A stretch of DNA of 64,000 bases from Eledone cirrhosa (GCA_964016885.1 OZ024757.1:41602001-41666000), one strand, 5' to 3'. Numbered from the stretch's first letter, positions 41,729-56,327 are shown. Notes: generated from the letters alone by a model not told the origin. Made by a program: numbers and translations.

Positions 41729-42712
41729 TAACTATACCAAATCCTACAATGATTTCATTTATTAGCCACAAGGGCCGACATAAGACATTTTCTATTTGTT
41801 TATACAGAAAAAACCCTACATAATACAAATAACAACAATATCAACTTTCTGTTCTATTAAAGTGAAAAAAACACAAAAATCAACATTGAATACATAAAAA
41901 CTAAAAACACACAAAAAAAAATACACAAACTGAAGGAAAATTCTAGACAAAAATTTTTCTCAGTTTTTTTATTAAAAAAAAATTTATTTTGAATTACACT
42001 GTGTTGGTATATTGTATTTCTGTCTTTTAAATGTTTTTCAAGTTTACTTAAATATAAATAGTTTTGGTTCAGTGATTATAAACAATCTATTTTGACAATA
42101 ACAACAATAATAATAATAGTAATGATAAAAATATAATAATAATAATTATACATAGAATGACTGAAGGTATAATTTTGATTGTTTTTATTTTTATTTAATG
42201 TTTGTCTTGTATTGTTTGTTTACAAAATAAATTCTTTAAAAAGTTTTTACAGAATCAATCTCCATTTTATTATTGTTTTTATTATTATTATTTATGTGGG
42301 GTGGGGTGCAGTCTTTTAGTCTTTCACATATATGACACAAATATATATTTTGAAAAAAGACCTGGGATTTGAAAGAGAGATATACAGGCCAGCCACAAAC
42401 CCTCATACCGTGGCCCACAACGCAAGGGAAAGGTAGACAAACAAATACCGTGATTGTCTGGACACTTCCTCTTTGCATTGGTCACCACTTATTTACAGAG
42501 TTGCTGCCCTCCTAGACAGGTTGCCTTCTCTACAACTCACAAAACTCATATTTACCCCATACAGTCATATTTATTCAGAGTAACAGCTCCCCTAGACAGG
42601 TTGCCTTCTCTACAACCAACAAAACCACAGTCTACTCCTTAGAATCTTATTTACACAGAGTAAGAGTAATTGCTCTCTAAGATATGTTACTCAATTAATA
42701 TATTGACGTCTC

Positions 42713-42754
<42 letters not shown>

Positions 42755-43289
42755 GCTATCTCTCTCTCTCTCTCTCTCTCTCGCTCTCTCGCTCTCTCTC
42801 TCTCTTGCTCTCTCTCTCTCTCTCAGATATAAACATTCAGTTATTTTTATATTTTCCCCCTGACTGATGTTATAACATTTTCTTTTTTTTCCATTCCCTT
42901 TTATGTAACAGAATATTTAAATAATGCCAAATATTATAACACAGATATAATCTAGAATGGCCATTAGTGGTTCTATGTCTTTATATGAATACATATATAT
43001 ACACAGCTAGAGTATATTTATATATATATACAGCTAGAGTATCTATATATATATATACAGCTAGAAAATCTATATATAGAGACACAGCTAGAATATCTAT
43101 ATATATATACACACACTTAGAATATATATATATATATATATATAAACCCATGCTAGCATGGAAGATAGACGTTAAACAATGATCATGATATATGTATATA
43201 TATACAGCTATAATATCTCTCTCTCTATATATATATATATATACACAGTTAGAGTATCTATATATATAAATAAAGTGATTGAATAGGTG

Positions 43290-43587
43290 TTATGACAAGC
43301 CAGCACCCAGTCCACTCTGTAAAGTGGTCATGATGGTGTTATGTCAAAAACCACCCATTCCACACAGTAAAATGCTTGTGTAAGCACCACAGTAAAAAAA
43401 GCACCCAGTCCACTCTGTAAATGAGGTTGGTGTTATGAAGGTCATCCAGCTGTAGAAATCAAGCCAGAATCAGTTCTGTATGAGCAAGACATGGTCACCT
43501 GACCTGACACTGCCCACTACAAGACAATCTGTCTAACCCATGCTAGCATGGAAGAATGGACATAAACGATGATGATGATGATGATGA
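43290..43587 (+). mobile_element. SINE 3' part with RTE-type tail
   Basis: GCACCCAGTCCACTCTGTAAA..CATCCAGCTGTAGAAATCAAGCC..CCCATGCTAGCATGG..(GAT)n. Confidence 0.8.
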
Positions 43588-43599
43588 ACACCCACTAGA

Positions 43600-43623
43600 A
43601 TATCTATATATATGAATACACAG

Positions 43624-43686
<63 letters not shown>

Positions 43687-43695
43687 CTACAGCTA

Positions 43696-43738
<43 letters not shown>

Positions 43739-43860
43739 GCTAATATCTATATATATACACACAGCTAATATATCTCTATATATATAACTACAGCTAGTAT
43801 ATATCTATATATATATACACACAGCTAATATATCTATATATATATATATAACTACAGCTA

Positions 43861-43905
<45 letters not shown>

Positions 43906-43971
43906 GCTAATATCTATATATATATACACACAGCTAATATATCTATATATATATATATATAACTACAGCTA

Positions 43972-44014
<43 letters not shown>

Positions 44015-44083
44015 GCTAATATCTATATATATATACACACAGCTAATATATCTATATATATATATATATATAACTACAGCTAG

Positions 44084-44117
<34 letters not shown>

Positions 44118-44252
44118 GCTAATATCTATATATATATATATATATAACTACAGCTAATATATATATATATATATATATACACACAGCTAATATCTATATA
44201 TATATACACACAGCTAATATATCTATATATATATATATATAACTACAGCTAG

Positions 44253-44286
<34 letters not shown>

Positions 44287-44450
44287 GCTAATATCTATAT
44301 ATATATATATATAACTACAGCTAGTATATATATATATATACACACAGCTAATATCTATATATATATAACTACAGCTAATATATCTATATATATATATATA
44401 TATAACTACAGCTAATATATATATATATATATATATATATAACTACAGCC
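43600..44450. repeat. Higher-order array of ACAGCTA motifs separated by variable (TA)n
   Basis: AACTACAGCTAG and CACACAGCTAATATCT units alternate in a repeating order. Confidence 0.85.
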
Positions 44451-44619
44451 AGTAAATCTGTGAAGTCAGAAAGGTGAGGGTTAAAAGCTTCTTTGATTTC
44501 TTTCCACTATATTTGGTTCTAGGCTGTGATTCTGGTAGAAACTGAAATAGTGCCGCCATTATGTCTCATTATCAGAGATTATATGGTGAAGCAAGTGGAA
44601 ACTTCTTTCAACAGTACCA

Positions 44620-44980
44620 GTGGTGGTAGTGGTAGTAGAGTGGTGGTAGTGGTGGTAGAGTGGTGGTGGTAATGGTGGTAGTATTAGTAATAGAAGTGGT
44701 AGTGGTGGTAGTAGTAGCAGTAGTAGTAGTAGTAGCAGCAGTAGTAGCAGCAGTAGTAGCAGCACCAGCAGCAGTAGTAGTAGTAGTAGTAGTAATAGCA
44801 GTAGTAGTAATAGCAGTAGCAGTAGTAGTAGTAGTAGCAGTAGCAGTAGTAGTAGTAGTAGCAGTAGTAGTAGTAATAGCAGTAGTAGTAGTAATAGCAG
44901 CGGTAGTCACAGTAGTAGTAGTAGTAGTAGTAGTAATAGCAGCAGTAGTAACAGTAGTAGTGGTAGTAGTAGTAGTAGTA
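44620..44980. repeat. (GTA/GCA/GTG)n trinucleotide repeat
   Basis: Direct reading. Confidence 0.92.
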
Positions 44981-45280
44981 TTCCCAAAGATATTTTACCA
45001 TCTTCTGTTGTTCAGAGAAACAGGAATTAAAACAAATTATTCTTCATATATATCAGAGAAATAACCTCACCAACACGTGTGTCTATATATGTATATATGT
45101 ATATAAGTATGTATACGTACATACATATATGTATACAGACGTACAGTAGTATGTGTATATATATTTATATATATATACATACATAATATTTATGTGTGTG
45201 TGTATACATGCATATAGAAGACGGTCATGAAAATGACGAAGTTGATATGTATATGTGTGTGTATATATATATATATAAAT

Positions 45281-45360
<80 letters not shown>

Positions 45361-45604
45361 TTTACATCACTGCAGGCATTTCTCTCTACTTACACTGTCA
45401 CTCCCCACCCCCACACACACCTACAATCCACCACAGCCACACCCCACAAGACCCAGACATCGAGGCAGTAGGTATAAATATATCTCTCTGTCTTAATTAG
45501 CAATTAATGGCATGTTTCTATAATACAATCTTTTCTTCTCCTAACGAGGTTTATTAGGAGTATTAATTGTCTTCTCTGTTGGTATTGTCTGGAAGAATGG
45601 CTTG

Positions 45605-45664
<60 letters not shown>

Positions 45665-46151
45665 GACTTTAATAACTGTTTCTCTCTATATATATATCTA
45701 TACATCTATATATATATATACATCTTTCTTTCTCTATCTCTCTCTTTGTCTCTCTCTTTCTCTTTATCTATCTCTCTATCTAGCTATCTCTCCCTCTCTC
45801 TCTCTCTCTTTGTACTTGCTGTCTTTAATATTTCCCACCCACCCCACTCTCTCTCTCACCTTTGTTAAACTCGGTAGAGCCCATTTACCTCGGTGTTGTC
45901 ACAAAATACTGGAAATTGAATTATCTGATATATCCTATTGGACTAGCATTTCTAGATCTTGTTTACCTGTAGATTGGCGAAACATGTGTCAATTATATAA
46001 TAAATGTTAGACCTTTAATGGAAAAGGATGAATATTGACATCAATACTCATCCTTCTCTATTTTTTAGAGGTTTTAAACCCCACTATCAGGCTAAAATTT
46101 CTCTAGTAAAAAATACAAAGAAAGCTTCTATTTCTACTAAATATATATATA

Positions 46152-46650
46152 TCATCATCATCATCATCACTGTTTTACGTCCAGTCTTCCACGCTAGCAT
46201 GGGTTAGATGGGTTGTCCTGTTGTGGGCAGTGTCTGGTCGGCTGACCCTGCCTTGCTCATACAGGAACTGATTCTGGCTTGATTTCTACAGCTGGATGCC
46301 CTTCCTAACACTAACCTCATCTACAGTGAGTGCTGGGTGCTTTTTTTGCCGTGGCGCCTACACGTCCACATTACAGTGAGTGCTGGGTGCTTTTTTGCCG
46401 TGGCACCCACACGTCCACTTTACATTATGGGCTGGGTGCTTTTTTGCCGTGGCACCTCCATGTCAGCTTTACAGTGAGTGCTGGGTGCTTTTTTGCCGTG
46501 GCGCCCACACGTCCACTTTACAGTGTGGGCTGGGTGCTTTTTGTTGTGGCACCTCCACGACCACTTTTCAGTAGGAGGGTGTGGGGGCATATTGTCTATA
46601 TGCTTCAGCTTCGGCTTGAACCCGTGGGAAGTTGGGTCTTCTGTATTACT
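46152..46650 (-). mobile_element. SINE with about 5 internal ~50-bp tandem units
   Basis: ACAGTGAGTGCTGGGTGCTTTTTTGCCGTGGC unit repeated at 46322-46565; RTE-type tail at 46152-46205. Confidence 0.85.
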
Positions 46651-46673
46651 GTGTATATATATACATATTTACT

Positions 46674-46745
<72 letters not shown>

Positions 46746-47519
46746 TAAATATGTATATATATACATATACATATATAAATGTATATATATACATATATAT
46801 ATATATAGTTTATATTTCTCTTATTTATTTTTTAGTCACTTTCTATCTTCCTTGGAAGCATTCTTTCCTTTCTCAATTCTTAAGTTGTTATCTATTGATT
46901 TGGATAAAGAGAAACGAACAGCAAAAATTGGTGTTAATATCTAATTGTAGTAAAACATAGAATAACCCTCTGGTCAATTGGCATTACAATATGGAGGGGG
47001 GGGTCGAAATTGCTGGGTAATTGACTGTCAAAAATATTTATGTTGCACAAGTCTTATTGATTTTTTTTTTATCATCATCATCATCGTCATCATCATCACC
47101 ATCACATAAAATTTTTTTTTTTTTTCACCCAGATAAAGATGAAAAAATTTTTGGAAGCAGACAATCGATGTAATATCGATAAATACATCGACTTTGAAAT
47201 GTAAATATATAAGCGCAAACAACTTCATCATAACCGGGGTGGCGTGAGGGGGGTGATTCTATTTCGTCTTCTTTCGTCTTCTATCACTGAGTTAATTTTC
47301 TTATTTCTTCCTTCCTGTTTTTCCTTCTGTTAATTATTTGAAGTCGTTAGACTGTGGCCATGTTGGAGCCTCATCTTAAGGTAAGTCAACCAAATCAACC
47401 TTAGTAATTATTTATGTTTACTTATTTATGTTCTGGTATTTCTTAATTTATTGATCTCTCTTCATTGAACTACAGATTTATACAGCACAAATGGATATAT
47501 GGATATACCACACACACAT

Positions 47520-48477
47520 AGTAGACAGTGTCTTTCATTAGAAATATGGTAATGAAAGGGTTATTGACATAGACAGTGTCTTTCATTAGAAATATGGTAA
47601 TGGAAGGGTTAATGACATAGACAGTGTCTTTCATTATAAATATGTTAATGAAAGGGTTAATGACATAGACAGTGTCTTTCATTAGAAATGTGATAATAGA
47701 AGGGTTAAAGACATAGACAGTGTCTTTCATTAGAAATATGGTAATGAAAGGGTTAATGACATAGACAGTGTCTTTCATTAGAAATATGGTAATGAAAGGG
47801 TTAAAGACATAGCCAGTGTCTTTCATTAGAAATGTGATAATAGAAGGGTTAATGACATAGATAGTGTCTTTCATTAGAAATATGGTAATGAAAGGGTTAA
47901 AGACATAGACAGTGTCTTTCATTAGAAATATGGTAATGAAAGGGTTAAAGACGTAGACAGTGTCTTTCATTAGAAATATGGTAATGAAAGGCTTAAAGAC
48001 ATAGACAGTGTCTTTCATTAGAAATATGGTAATGAAAGGCTTAAAGACATAGACAGTGTCTTTCATTAGAAATATGGTAATGAAAGGGTTAAAGACGTAG
48101 ACAGTGTCTTTCATTAGAAATATGGTAATGAAAGGCTTAAAGACATAGACAGTGTCTTTCATTAGAAATATGGTAATGAAAGGGTTAAAGACGTAGACAG
48201 TGTCTTTCATTAGAAATATGGTAATGAAAGGCTTAAAGACATAGACAGTGTCTTTCATTAGAAATATGGTAATGAAAGGGTTAAAGACGTAGACAGTGTC
48301 TTTCATTAGAAATATGGTAATGAAAGGGTTAAAGACATAGACAGTGTCTTTCATTAGAAATATGGTAATGAAAGGGTTAATGACATAGACAGTGTCTTTC
48401 ATTAGAAATATGGTAATGAAAGGCTTAAAGACATAGACAGTGTCTTTCATTAGAAATATGGTAATGAAAGGGTTAAA
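47520..48477. repeat. 48-bp minisatellite, about 20 copies
   Basis: TAGACAGTGTCTTTCATTAGAAATATGGTAATGAAAGGGTTAA(A/T)GACA; internal hairpin CTTTCATTA/TAATGAAAG; dispersed unit at 38727-38790. Confidence 0.95.
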
Positions 48478-48886
48478 TTAGTTACTAGAAAATACAGTGA
48501 TGACATCAATATAAAAGAATCGGCATTTCCTAAGAATTTTCTGCAGCCAATGTGTCAGGAATGTTAAAACTCTGAATACAGGTTTTGATATTAAAATGTT
48601 TATATATAGCAGAAGATTAGATCATACTGAAGATTCTATGAATGGTTTTGAAGGGCTACAATAAGCCTTAACGTCGGAATATTTCACTGAGAACTTTATA
48701 GATGGCGCTGGTGCAGCTGTAAAATATAACATATTCACACATTGACAACAGTGTTTAATGTCAAAATCGTTATATATGATGTATATATATATATTAATAT
48801 GGATGAGGTGTTAAATTTTCATTATATGTATATATGTATATATATGTGTGTATATATATATATATATGTGTGTATATATATATATA

Positions 48887-48939
<53 letters not shown>

Positions 48940-48944
48940 TTATG

Positions 48945-48976
<32 letters not shown>

Positions 48977-49531
48977 TATAAGCATGGAAAAGCAGGCGTA
49001 AAAACAATGATGATGATGATGATGATATATACATATATCGAAATACACACACACATACACATACATATATTCCCAAATACACAGAAAAACACAACCATTT
49101 ACACACACATTCACATACACACACACATACACACACACATACACACACACTCATACACACGGATACTCTGTTTACATGACATGTCATAACATTATAATGC
49201 CGACAACATTTGTTGTATTTGAAAAGGTTAACCATGTTCCCAATTCAATAAATCTATAGAAGCGGACAGAACTTTGAGAGAAGGCAATTAAAATAAAGCA
49301 GCCATTTTTGTGGATTGGATGAGCTGCAATCTATGCTAAAAGGAAGCCTCATTGTTCTCAAAACTAAATCAAACTTGATAGGAATATATTTGGTGTGTAA
49401 AGCTCTATATAGATATGGATTTGATGTTGTGTGTGTGTCTCTGTAATGTGAATAGTGTGGAAATGGATGAGCATATGTGTATGCGTGTATGTGTATATGA
49501 GTATATATATATATATATATGTATATATGTG

Positions 49532-49562
<31 letters not shown>

Positions 49563-49660
49563 GTAACCAAAGATTAGTATGGTTCGTTGATTACTCAATG
49601 AATACAATTTTACAATAGATTAGAAGCACTCAACAAGAAAAGTTTTCCTTATATTAATCA

Positions 49661-49730
49661 TATATTTTGTCTGATGAGGACATACTGAAAAAACAATACA
49701 GTACCTTTGAAATATATATAATAAAGTATA
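49661..49730 (+). ncRNA. Minimal type I hammerhead ribozyme (family C, diverged) preceded by an inverted tail at 49608-49650
   Basis: TATATTTTGT-CTGATGA-GGACATACTG..CAGTACCTTT-GAAA-TATATA-TA-ATAAAGTATA. Confidence 0.72.
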
Positions 49731-49804
49731 TATTTTGATTATGAGAATATTTTTCATTTGTTTATATTTTGAATAATATATATATGTATATATATATATA
49801 TATG

Positions 49805-49835
<31 letters not shown>

Positions 49836-49938
49836 TTATGTGTGTGTGTGTGTGTTTGTGTGTATATATATGATATTATATCACCAGGAGAGGATATATA
49901 TGTATTTATTCATATATAAACATACAAATATATATATA

Positions 49939-49969
<31 letters not shown>

Positions 49970-50287
49970 CTAACCCATGCCAGTGTGTAAAAATGAACGT
50001 TAAACGGAGATGATGATGATATATATAATATATATATATATGTCCCACCCTTGCAAGCAGGGAAAAGCACACGTAAATTGATGATGATGTAAGTGTGGAT
50101 CAGAAGCTCTAAGTAATGGCAGTTGGTAGACAAAAGCCAGTAAAATGGATGCAGTTGTTATTTTTATTATTTGTATTGTTATATTCCCATGGTAATATCT
50201 CTAATATTCTGTTGCAATGAAAACAGTTTTTTATATTTAGCTGTCATGTATGACATTATGATATGAATAGTGAAAATTCAGCATATG

Positions 50288-50322
<35 letters not shown>

Positions 50323-51441
50323 ATATGCCCCCACACCCTCCCACTGCAAGGTGGTCGTGGAGGTGCCACGGCAAAAAAGCACCCAGAAAAAATCCAAAGT
50401 TCATTTCCAAACGAAGACAAGTAATCAACACATCAGGTTTAGGCAGAGTTTGAAATACTGAGGAGTATAAAATATATTTCTGAAGTTCTAATACTTTGAT
50501 GTTTAGAATATAGTTTTTGTTTGACAACTCCGAAAGATAATGTTGTTGTTGTTGTTGTGGTGGTGGTGGTGGTGGTGGTGCTGCTGCTGCTGCTGCTACT
50601 GTTGTAGATGTTGTGGTAGTTGTAGCTGTTGTTGTTTTGCATGGTCACCCCCTCCCTTCACCACAACAGCCCCTCATGCTGCCCCTGCACACATCTGCAC
50701 AATATAGGTTGTTGTTGTTGTGTTAAGATGTTAAGTTGGAACTGGTTTAGGTTTGGGGCATTTTGGAAAGAAAAGATTGTAGAAAAGAACTTTATATAGG
50801 GATTTATAGAGTAGGATAGAGTGGGAGATGGCTAGATGGTGGAGGAAGGGAGAGAGAGAGACAGCAAGATGATGGAGGGAGAGAGAGAGAGAGAGTCAGG
50901 GAGAATGAGAGAGAGAGAGACAGAGAGAATGAGAGAGAGAGAGAGACAGAGAGAATGAGAGAGAGAGCAATAAAATCAAATCAGAAATATGATTGAAAGA
51001 AAAAATCATGTCAGAGAATAACATGTATGTGTATACACATGTTTGTATGTGTATTTATGTATTATGTCTATGTGTATTTATGACTGTATGTGTATTATTT
51101 ATGAGTGTTTGTGTATTATTTGTGTGTGTATGTCTATTTATGAGTGTATGTGTATTTGTGTGTATGTGTATTTATGAGTGTATGTGTATTTGTGTGTATG
51201 TGTATTTATGTAATAAAAAGTTCAAATTATAAAAATTTGTTGGACATATTTTCAAGGCAAGTCATAAATAACACTAATGACTATGTAGTCATTGTAAAAA
51301 AATGTTTTGTTTTGAAACAATCACTCGACATATTTTAGTACCTTATTTACATAGAATCTGAAGTTGGGGAAAACTGTAAAATATATTGACCCTGAATATA
51401 AACGTAATTTCATACATTCATTCATACACACTCACACACAC

Positions 51442-51475
<34 letters not shown>

Positions 51476-51476
51476 A

Positions 51477-51510
<34 letters not shown>

Positions 51511-51621
51511 ATATTCCTGTGCATATATATTTACCCATTCTTGCACATGACACTGGTTTTGTTTCAATGCTTGGAAGAATCTGCAAATATGTCTTAAGAT
51601 TTATTCCTACTCGATTCCTGG

Positions 51622-51835
51622 GCTGCGTGTTGTGTTCTTGAGCAAAACACTTCATTTCACGTTTCTCCAGTATACTCAGCTGAAAATGAGTACCAGCAAT
51701 AGCTGGAGATTTAACCCTGCGATGGACTGGCGTCCTATTCAGGGAGGAGTCTTGTACTCTCAGTCGCTTCACGCCATGAAACGAGGATAAGCACCGGCCA
51801 AATGAACCTTCTGGCTTAAGACAAACTTTAGACTT
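51622..51835 (+). mobile_element. 5'-truncated SINE (CCCTGCGATGGACT...GTCGCTTCA family)
   Basis: GTGTTCTTGAGCAAAACAC..TACTCAGCTGAAAATGAGTACC..AACCCTGCGATGGACTGGCGTCC. Confidence 0.78.
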
Positions 51836-51840
51836 TTTTT

Positions 51841-51871
<31 letters not shown>

Positions 51872-51931
51872 ATCATCATATATGTATGTATATCATCATA
51901 TATGTATATATATCATCATATATATATATAT

Positions 51932-51984
<53 letters not shown>

Positions 51985-52061
51985 TATACATATATATACA
52001 CATACATGCAAAAGGCATATGGAAATAAAGCAATTGACACAGAACAATGAAGAATTATAAA

Positions 52062-52099
<38 letters not shown>

Positions 52100-52371
52100 T
52101 AAACACATAGATAGATAGACATCACATGCATGTATGGGTGGGTATATATACGGATATACATTAATCTTTCTGCACCGTCTTTTGTAACGATGTGCCTAAC
52201 TTTGCATATATTAGTCGACAATGAAAAAGAATTACTTATTTAAATATGTGTAAAATATTGGAATGAGAAAACAAAAAAAAATTTATTTATTGGAAGAATG
52301 GATGTAAAACAAGGATGATGATGATGATGATATTTATATATTATATATGTATATTTATGTATTTATATATA

Positions 52372-52590
<219 letters not shown>

Positions 52591-53102
52591 GTGTGTGTGT
52601 GTCTATATATATATATATGTATGTATTTTTATTTTATTCATTTATCATTAAGCATTTTTATTTTATATTAATTTTACTATCATCATCATTACTATCATTA
52701 TTATTATTATTATTATTACTATTTTATATTATTATTATATTTTAGATAATACATTTCCCAAGATAATATATTCTTTTCATTCTTTTGAATTTCACTAAAT
52801 AGAGCCTCTGTTTATAATCTTGTAGAAAATGAATGTATATTTTAATGTGTTTCTAAGGCTAATTTACAACACTGTTTTAACCTTCGTTTCTATCTTGGTT
52901 CTGCTTTTACAGTTAGATTCACATACGTTAGGCTTTTTGTTTAAATTGGCCGACATTTACCTCCCGTGACAATATATTACATTTATGTTGTTTTGTGAAA
53001 ATAAATGAAGTACTTTACAGTTTAGATGTTCTCTCTCCTCTCGCTGAATCATTACATGTATATATATTTATATTTATATATATAAATATATATATACATA
53101 TT

Positions 53103-53135
<33 letters not shown>

Positions 53136-53168
53136 ATTCATATATATATATATTCATATATATATTTA

Positions 53169-53212
<44 letters not shown>

Positions 53213-53268
53213 CATATTTATATATATATTTATATTTATATATATATATTTATATTTATATATATATA

Positions 53269-53307
<39 letters not shown>

Positions 53308-53308
53308 T

Positions 53309-53341
<33 letters not shown>

Positions 53342-53358
53342 ATTCATATATATATTTA

Positions 53359-53404
<46 letters not shown>

Positions 53405-53448
53405 CATATTTATATATATATTTATATTTATATATATATATTTATATT

Positions 53449-53501
<53 letters not shown>

Positions 53502-53540
53502 TTATATATATATTTATATTTATATATATATATTTATATT

Positions 53541-53571
<31 letters not shown>

Positions 53572-53904
53572 ATATATTTCAGTTTACATTTGTCTGCTTA
53601 CTGGTCTATACACATATTTACTTTGCTTATCATGACCCCCACTCCCACCCACCACCACTCCTTTTGTCTTCCTTCCTTCCTTCCTCTGTCTCAATTAACA
53701 TACATGCAAAACTACATCACTACCCATCAATTTAATCAGTCAATATGTCTTTCTATCTCCCACAATCCGATGCCTGACATCGGATAAGTTAACTTTTTAA
53801 CAAGTTTTCTGTGTAATCTTGAGATTCTATGTTCAATTCTGTCGAGGGGAGAGTCTTGTACTCTCAGTTGCTTAATGCTGAGGAAAGCAGGGATAAGCAC
53901 CAGC

Positions 53905-54590
53905 CTGGGGGAGGGGACAGTTGATTAAATTGACCAGTGCATTACTGGTACTTTAAAGACAAAGCCAACCGCAGTTGAACTCAGATCATGTAAAGGGCCA
54001 TACCTCTATGCCACAAAGCACGTTGTCCGATGCTCTACTGATTCCTGCTAATCTATAGCCCTAATATACAAGGAAATAATTGTTTCTACTTTAGGCACAA
54101 GGCCAGCAATTACCCAGTGTATTACTGGTACTTTATTTTATCGACCCCGTATGAAATAATTGTTTCTACGTTAGGCACAAGGCCAGCAATTACCCAGTGC
54201 ATTACTGGTACTTTATTTTATCGACCCCGTAAGGATGAAAGGCAAAGTTAACCTCGGCGGGATTTGAACTCAGATCGTAAAGGGACGTAACTATGCTGGA
54301 AAGCATGGCGTCCAACCCTCTACCGATACTGCCAATCCACCGCCCTACATGGTTTCTGATTTAGGCAGAAGGCCAATAATTTTTTTTGGGGGGTGGGGGT
54401 GGAAAGGAAAATCAATTAAATCGACCCCAGTGCATTACTGGTACTTTATTTCATCACCCTTCCCTGAAAGGATGAAAGGCAAAGCTAACCTTGGCGAGAT
54501 TTGAACCCAGAACATAAAGCACTGTAACTATATACCACAAAGCATGTTGCTCGACGCTCAACCGATCACTGATAATCTACCACCACCACC
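53905..54590 (-). mobile_element. Cluster of 3-4 OK-type SINEs
   Basis: Repeated GGCACAAGGCCAGCAATT..TACTGGTACTTTATTTTATCGACCCC..GGATGAAAGGCAAAG..ATTTGAACTCAG. Confidence 0.85.
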
Positions 54591-54766
54591 CCACCCTTAA
54601 TCTACCACCACCACCACCCCACCCTTAATCTACCACCACCACCCCACCCTTAATCTACCACCACCACCACCCCACCCTTAATCCACCACCACCACCCCAC
54701 CCTTAATCCACCACCACCACCACCCCCACCCTTAATCCACCACCACCACCACCCCACCCTTAATCC
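54572..54766. repeat. 25-28-bp minisatellite TAATC(T)ACC(ACC)nCCACCCT, about 7 copies
   Basis: Direct reading; C-rich strand, opposite strand has G-quadruplex potential. Confidence 0.88.
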
Positions 54767-55169
54767 AGATAAATAACGAGAAAGTTAATTATATTACTAA
54801 AAAAAAAAAAACCCTTTTCAAATTCTTGAATATATTTAAAATAATTTACATATCATAGTCAGTGTAATTTCTTAGAAATATTTCTAATCAATATATTTTG
54901 TACTGTTTCAATTAAATTGTCCACCATCTTGGTTTTAGTAATTATTAGAATAAATAGTATTAGCTATTCAAGTAACAACAACATATTGGAAAGACATCAA
55001 ATATTTTTTTTTTATCCTTTACCCTCCGGACACGAAACTAATAATTCTAAATAAATAAATATTGAATTTTATTTTATTTTTATTTTTTTTTATTTTTTTA
55101 TTTTATTTTACTATTTAAATGGGGAAAAAAAGGAGGAATTGTTTTGAATTCTATTGTTCTTTTTAACTT

Positions 55170-55400
55170 ATATGTTGTTGTCATTGTTGTTGATGATGTG
55201 TTCGTTGTGGTTGTTGTAGTTGTTGTTGTCATTGTTGTTGTTGTTGATGTAGTTGTCATTGTTGTTGATCTAGTTGTTGTTGTTGTTGATCTAGTTGTTG
55301 TCGTCGTCGGTGATGTTGATGTATTTGTTGTTGTTGTAGTAGTTGTTGTTGTTGTCGTTGATATAGCTGTTATTGATGTTGTTGTTGTTGTTGTTTTGGT
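55170..55400. repeat. (GTT)n degenerate trinucleotide repeat
   Basis: Direct reading. Confidence 0.9.
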
Positions 55401-55439
55401 TTGGTTTAAGTTTTTCAAATATGTTTTTCATTTTAAGAA

Positions 55440-55735
55440 GCAGGTGTAGGTGTGTGGTTAAGGAAGGGAGAGGTTCATTTCACAACCATCTGTTGCTGGG
55501 TTTAGTCTTGCTATATACAGTGCCACCTTCAGGCAAGTGTCTGTTACTATAGCCCCAGGTTGACCTATACCTTCTGGGTCAGTCCTACTGTAAGGCACCT
55601 CAGGTTGACCAATGTCTTGTGGGTCAGTCTGTCAGTCCCACTGTGTGGTACCTTGGGGTAAATGTCTTCTACTGTAGCCTTAGGTTGACTAATGTTTTGT
55701 GAGTGAAATTTGGTAGATGGAACTGCAGAGTTATG
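55440..55735 (+). mobile_element. OR-type SINE with internal duplications
   Basis: TGTGTGGTTAAG..CAACCA..CAGTCCCACTGTGTGGTACCTTGGG..TGTCTTCTACT.TAGCCT..TTGTGAGTGAAATTTGGTAGATGGAACTG. Confidence 0.72.
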
Positions 55736-55762
55736 TTGTGTGTGTATATATATATATGTATA

Positions 55763-56010
55763 TATATGTGGTGACAGTCAAGTTTGCAATTTTCAACTTT
55801 CAAACTTGACTGTCACCACAGAATATGAACCTGAAGATTGCGAGAGCATGAAAGTACTTGTTCAATTAACACTTGACATTTAATATTCTACCATACTATT
55901 TCATTATAATATCATTATAATTTTAAAGGATTGTAAATAAAACGAGTAAATCAGACAAAGTTGGAATTCCTTTTATTAATATAATCTTCTATACACAATC
56001 ATACACACCC

Positions 56011-56013
<3 letters not shown>
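55763..56013 (+). mobile_element. HHR family B element with short 5' foldback; HHR at 55826-55864
   Basis: TGAAC-CTGAAGA-TTGC GAGA GCAT-GAAA-GTAC-TT-GTTCA; hairpin TGTGGTGACAGTCAAGTTTG / CAAACTTGACTGTCACCACA. Confidence 0.8.
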
Positions 56014-56044
<31 letters not shown>

Positions 56045-56049
<5 letters not shown>

Positions 56050-56165
56050 GGACCAGTGTCCGAAACATTAAGGCTCTTTTCCTACAATATCAAGCATTAA
56101 ACTAATATATTTCTCCATTGTACTGTTTTGTTTGCTTTGTTATTTCTGTTTACTTTTTGCCTATA
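56045..56165 (+). mobile_element. HHR family I element, 5'-truncated within the core
   Basis: TGA-A-GGAC CAGT GTCC-GAAA-CA-TT-AAGGC followed by the body shared with 62098-62185. Confidence 0.65.
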
Positions 56166-56197
56166 TACATGTGTGCCTGTGTTTGTGTGTGTGTGTG

Positions 56198-56327
56198 TGA
56201 AGGCACATGGCCTTGTGGGTGGAGCATTCAGCTTGCAATTGTGAGGTTGTGAGTTCGATTCTTGGACCAGGTGATGTGTTGTCCTTGAGCAAGACACTTT
56301 ATTTCACATTATTCCAGTTCACTCATT
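56198..56327 (+). mobile_element. SINE 5' head (tRNA-like)
   Basis: GAAGGCACATGGCCTTGTGG..GAGTTCGATTC..GTCCTTGAGCAAGACAC. Confidence 0.75.

Noticed and set aside
41195-41828. Poly-Q/P, poly-H/N and Cys/Gly-rich ORFs
   Set aside because: All frames of a (CAA/CAC)n repeat; no splice or domain context
47470-48450. 326-aa repeat ORF, or a CRISPR-like array
   Set aside because: Pure 48-bp tandem repeat with no unique spacers and no cas genes; eukaryotic context
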